Position numbers and translations under genes: made by a program. Shown here one piece after another: positions 58,481 to 64,000 of a stretch of 64,000 nt of DNA (position 1 is the stretch's first letter; each line of letters starts with the position of its first letter). The DNA is taken from assembly GCF_009914755.1 (NCBI RefSeq), contig NC_060925.1; one strand, written 5' to 3'. The notes under the pieces were generated by a model that was given only the letters and a program-made list of their open reading frames with translations, did not search any database and had not been told where the DNA came from. The stretch comes from the human T2T-CHM13v2.0 reference genome, Homo sapiens.

Positions 58481-60844
58481 ATTGATGACTATCCATCTCA
58501 CCCCATAAGAGGCTCTCACATTTAGAGTATAGACATAAGATAACATAAAAACACAATTTCATAATATCCTCAAAAGAAAACTATACACATATGCTAATGG
58601 TCTGTCCCAACATTACAATTTATGGGAAAAGGTATATACAATACACTCTATTTTGACTTTAGTAACTCTCACTACGACTGCTCAGGAAAGCAAAGCCACC
58701 ATCTGTAGAATGGAATATGGTCTTTTGTTAGTTCCCCTTCATCATATTTTCCCATCAGTTTGATTTCACAGGAAAGAAATCCCCTTCCCTCATCTGTATG
58801 GTACCTTTCAGCTGAGCCAAGGGAACTCTAGCTGAAAGCAAACTAGACTGTCATCTCTATGAAGGCAGGCAGGATCATGTCTGCTTTGTTAAACATAGAA
58901 TATCAGTACCTAAAACAATTCCTGAAATATAGAACATGCTCAGGGAATTAGCTTTTATTATATTATGCTGCAGTATAGCCTAGTTTGTCCTGATGATTAC
59001 ATAACCCTAAATCAAATGGATACAAAAGAGCTGAGATTCAAATTCATGTTTTTGTGATAACAAAGCTCATACTCTTTTCACTAAGTAAAAAGTTAAAACA
59101 TTGAATTTCATGTTGCTCAGGAATACTTACTCATCCCTTCTTCTAATCCCTTCCTTGTTCATTATCCAAGTAAATACAAAATTAGGTGCATTTCCCTAAT
59201 TTATAGTTGAATTATATACCACTCCAATTAAAAATTATGCCTTTGTGTTACACTGCAAGACAGAAAAATGTTACTGGGCCATTGACCATGTGCTTTCACC
59301 TTTAATTACATTTAGTTTAATATACTTTTACAAAGAAAAGGGAATCAAGAAGTATTATCTGTTAAGCATCCACTCTATTCTAGGCATTGTCCTGGAAGCT
59401 TTAAGTAGATTACCATTATTTAGCTTCCACTGTTTCTAAGGTCACCTATCTACCAAGTGATGGCACAGAAATTCAAACCCAGGTCTGTGCATTTTAAAAT
59501 CTGTTTTTATTTTGCTATTCCCTTTCCATTTTGCATGGGCACAGTGTCCTTTTTATACTGTTATGGTTTCAGGAAAATCCACTGCAGTTTTTCTGCCCTC
59601 CTGACATGGTTCTCTTATTTGCCAGAGAATGTACCTCTTAAACTATCTTCAGGCACTATTATTTCTGGCATTCCACAGTACAATTCTGCTAGTTTTCCAA
59701 TTCCTACCTACCTCTCAGTCTAGTCTGTTTATATGTCTAGAAGTTACTATGAACTCATTAACTGATTTTCTTACAAGTTAGTGGCTTCTGATCCTCTTTA
59801 TTCCACCCAGTGCTTCACTTCCCTTCTCTTCACAACCACACCCACAATACCACCTACACCCCGCCCCCACACACAGACATCCAGACAGGTAATCCATGTT
59901 TCTGCTATTCTTTAATCTGGGTCCTGGACTTCCACTATGCCCTCTGACTCTGCGCTTCTAAACTCAACATGTACCTTTAAACTGGTTGTGCTCCATGACC
60001 TGGTCAGTTTAGAAAATAAGCCACAAATATGAATGCTTAATCCTGGTAATGATCTAAATTCTTCACCTCAAGTCAAAAGATGATCTTTTTCCAGGGGTCC
60101 TCAATCTGCTTGCACTTATTCTTGTTCTCCCGTTTCCATTTTCCTTTCTCAGAAGCCCAGCTACAGAGAAGCTTCAAATACAACCTTAGGGGCTGAATCA
60201 GATGACTACTCAGGTCTCTTCCTGCATGGAGATTTTAAGATTCTGGATTATTATGCCAAGGTTTTCTTAGTGCAAGGTCTTCAATCTATTCTCCTGTTAG
60301 CTATACTCTACTCTTCAAGTCCTGAGGATTATCACTATCACAACCATTTAATCAGATTTCTGTATGCCTTGCTGACACATAATTCAGATTTCTCTAGGAT
60401 CCTATATGATTCTTGAGCCCATATTTGCCCGCTTCAACATCCACAAATTCCCTCATATTCTTGTCTGCTGGGTTTCTGATCCTGCTTCACCTTGACCTTG
60501 GATTTGAACATATTCTTAGACACCTGATCTTTGGCTTGGCTTTTAACTACCTAGCCCCAACACTAGCCCTGCAAGTGTGAGTCACGCTGCAGGTTGGGCA
60601 TAGATTTGGGAATGAGTTGAAGCACAGAATCTGCAGATTTGGGGATTTCGCCAAAGAGAAGGGTCTAGGGTTTCTAAAGAGGGGTCAAATTTCTATAATA
60701 CTCTATCAACTTTCTAAGTATAACCACCAATTGAATAAACATTTCTTGGACATCAACTAAAAAGCATTTTTCTATTCCCTTGCATGTGTTAGCTCATTAA
60801 ATCCTCACAAAAGCCCCATGAAGCAGGGATCAACACCATTTTAC

Positions 60845-60868
60845 AAAAAAAAAAAAAAAAAAAAAAAA
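60845..60868 (+). repeat. A24 homopolymer within a MIR remnant
   Basis: ccattttac(a)24gc preceded by aatcctcacaaaagccccatgaag. Confidence 0.9.
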
Positions 60869-61499
60869 GCACAAAAATTACCTATGGGCACAGAATACAA
60901 GTCAAAATGCATGCCACAATATGGCTAAAATAATGATGTTCTTTAAATAGAAGTCAGTATATTTCTGTAAATTAGTTAGTCAAAAAAGCAATTTACAAAG
61001 AAAAAATATATCAACCATTTATTCTGAGATAAAAGGGTACAATACCTGTAACCCTACCAATATCTCCCTGCCCAGGCTATAATATGACCAATTCAGTCAG
61101 TGTCTTTGCTCCTGCCTCACATACACCTTTCCCAAAGCCAGGTTAAAGAAAACACTTTCTCTGAGAGACATTAAGTCTTCAGTCAAGTGTTTGCAAGTAG
61201 CACATGACCCAAAAGGATGATGTTCCTAGACAGAAAAGGTCCATTATTTGCTTAATAGTATACATAGTAGCACTCAATAAAAAAGAATGACCTTCCCAGA
61301 CAGAGAAAGGCCACTCCTACATCGAGCAGGTATGAGAGCCCTGGGTTTGCAGAGGGAGATCTTCCCAGATAGAGGAGGCTCTTGCAAGGGTTTATGAAGC
61401 TGAACACTCCCTGTAAGAATCTCCATCTAATCTGGCAAGATTTGACCTACTTTGTACAAAGGTCACATTTCAGTATTTTAGAAGCCAAGACCACCAGAT

Positions 61500-62280
61500 C
61501 ACACCGTGAAGTTCACGGTACTGCTGATGGATAAAAGTTGCTCATATGGAGAATCAGAAAAATGTTTACACATTGAAACAATGATAAGAAATGTGATTAA
61601 AGTATTACTAAAATTGGAAATAACCTCTTTAGGACATCACCCCTCCCCTAGCCCCAGGCTGCACAGCTCTTGGCTCCCAAAGACACTCCTTCCTTCCCCT
61701 TGAAAAGAGGTGAGGGAAGAGTGAAAAGGACTTTGTCTTCAATATTGACACTTTTACAAGATGACAGTATGTACATGAAACAGTATATTATATGCATCAA
61801 ACAGTTCAGTGAAACAGAGTAGAAAATCCACAAACTAACCCAAGTGCAGAGAATAACTTTATAGATTAAAAAATATGTCATTTGAAAGCAGTTGGGAAAG
61901 GATATATTAGTCAATAATGGCTAAGATCATCTGGCTAACCATTTGGGGGAAAATATATTACAAACCTATCTCATTCTATACATTAATATATTAATATAAT
62001 ATAATATGTAATATGACATAATAATATGTTATATTATTATATATTATAATATATAATAAGATAAGATAAAAATAAAATGTAAAGAAAATGAAATCACAAA
62101 AGTGTTAGATTTTGGTATTTATATAATTTAGTGGGAAAAAACTCTGACTACAATACCAAACCAGACAACTTAAAAGATTGACTGACTTTACTAAAATATA
62201 CTTTAAAAATCTACAGAAAAGAGAATGAAAAAGGGAAAAGTGAGCAAACTGAGTATAAAATATATAACAAATAATTATTT
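61500..62280 (+). mobile_element. Ancient L1M ORF2 remnant containing an orphan L1 5'UTR piece (61635-61750) and an AT-rich tract (~61980-62075)
   Basis: gaaacagagtagaaaatcca, gggaaaggatatattagtcaataa, tggctaaccatttggggg, aacctatctcattctatac. Confidence 0.6.
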
Positions 62281-62325
62281 GACATGTGCTACCTTTTTAT
62301 CCAACATTGACATTTTTGGTATTAA

Positions 62326-62662
<337 letters not shown>

Positions 62663-63029
62663 TGAAATAATGTTTCAGAAGAATAAATTTTATTGAACAT
62701 TTTTTGAGTTCCTTTTAGTAGTTGTTACTAGTTTTCTATTAATTACAAGTCATAAAATATTTATTTAGCTTTCATTGTATCATCTTTCTACTTTTAAGAA
62801 TATTTCTACTCTGAGTTCCTTAAGCTATAGGACAATTTGAAAACAAAATACCAACAGTAAATAACAAAGAAAAAGAACAATGAGTACTTTAGCAAAATGG
62901 AAAGAGTTGTGGTGATGTCTTAACAATAAGCTTTTAGAGCCCCCTGTGTGTCTATATTGTATATTACTAGGAATTCTGTGTTGCTTGAGATAGTAGACAC
63001 ATCACAGCAACAGAGCAGAAATTTTTATC

Positions 63030-63066
63030 TGTGTGTGTGCGTGTGTGTTCATGTGCATGTGTGTGT
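63030..63066 (+). repeat. Imperfect (TG)n
   Basis: tgtgtgtgtgcgtgtgtgttcatgtgcatgtgtgtg. Confidence 0.85.
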
Positions 63067-63157
63067 TGGGGTCATGAAATAGTTGATAATTTTTGCATTT
63101 AATTTTTATTTTTTGTATTCTGAATAAAAAAATTAGTAACATTAGCTTTAACCAAAC

Positions 63158-64000
<843 letters not shown>

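Overview
Primate (human/great-ape type: AluY and L1PA2-like copies) non-coding DNA, AT-rich and CpG-depleted, probably intergenic or deep intronic. I cannot identify the locus and see no convincing host gene, tRNA, rRNA or CRISPR. Essentially all ORFs in the track are LINE-1 ORF2 remnants, Alu/LTR read-throughs or antisense noise. About 1-43 kb is a nest of LINE-1s of many ages with Alus, MaLR/ERV-L LTRs and DNA-transposon relics (MER44, MER30, MER58-like, MER91). About 43-64 kb is older sequence with many MIR/L2 fragments plus Alus and L1 pieces. The most unusual object is at 28790-31039: a provirus-like element whose 5' LTR is ERV-L (MLT2A-type) while its internal region and 3' LTR are MaLR (THE1D-type). 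The join lies at the primer-binding site and one 5-bp target-site duplication (TSD) flanks the whole, as expected from intermolecular plus-strand transfer between co-packaged ERV-L and MaLR RNAs. Also notable: several TSD-less templated insertions (one a fold-back hairpin), two twin-primed L1s, possible short 3' transductions, and a tandem duplication preserving an empty LTR site. Subfamily names come from recalled consensus motifs, not a database search, and MIR/L2 boundaries are approximate.
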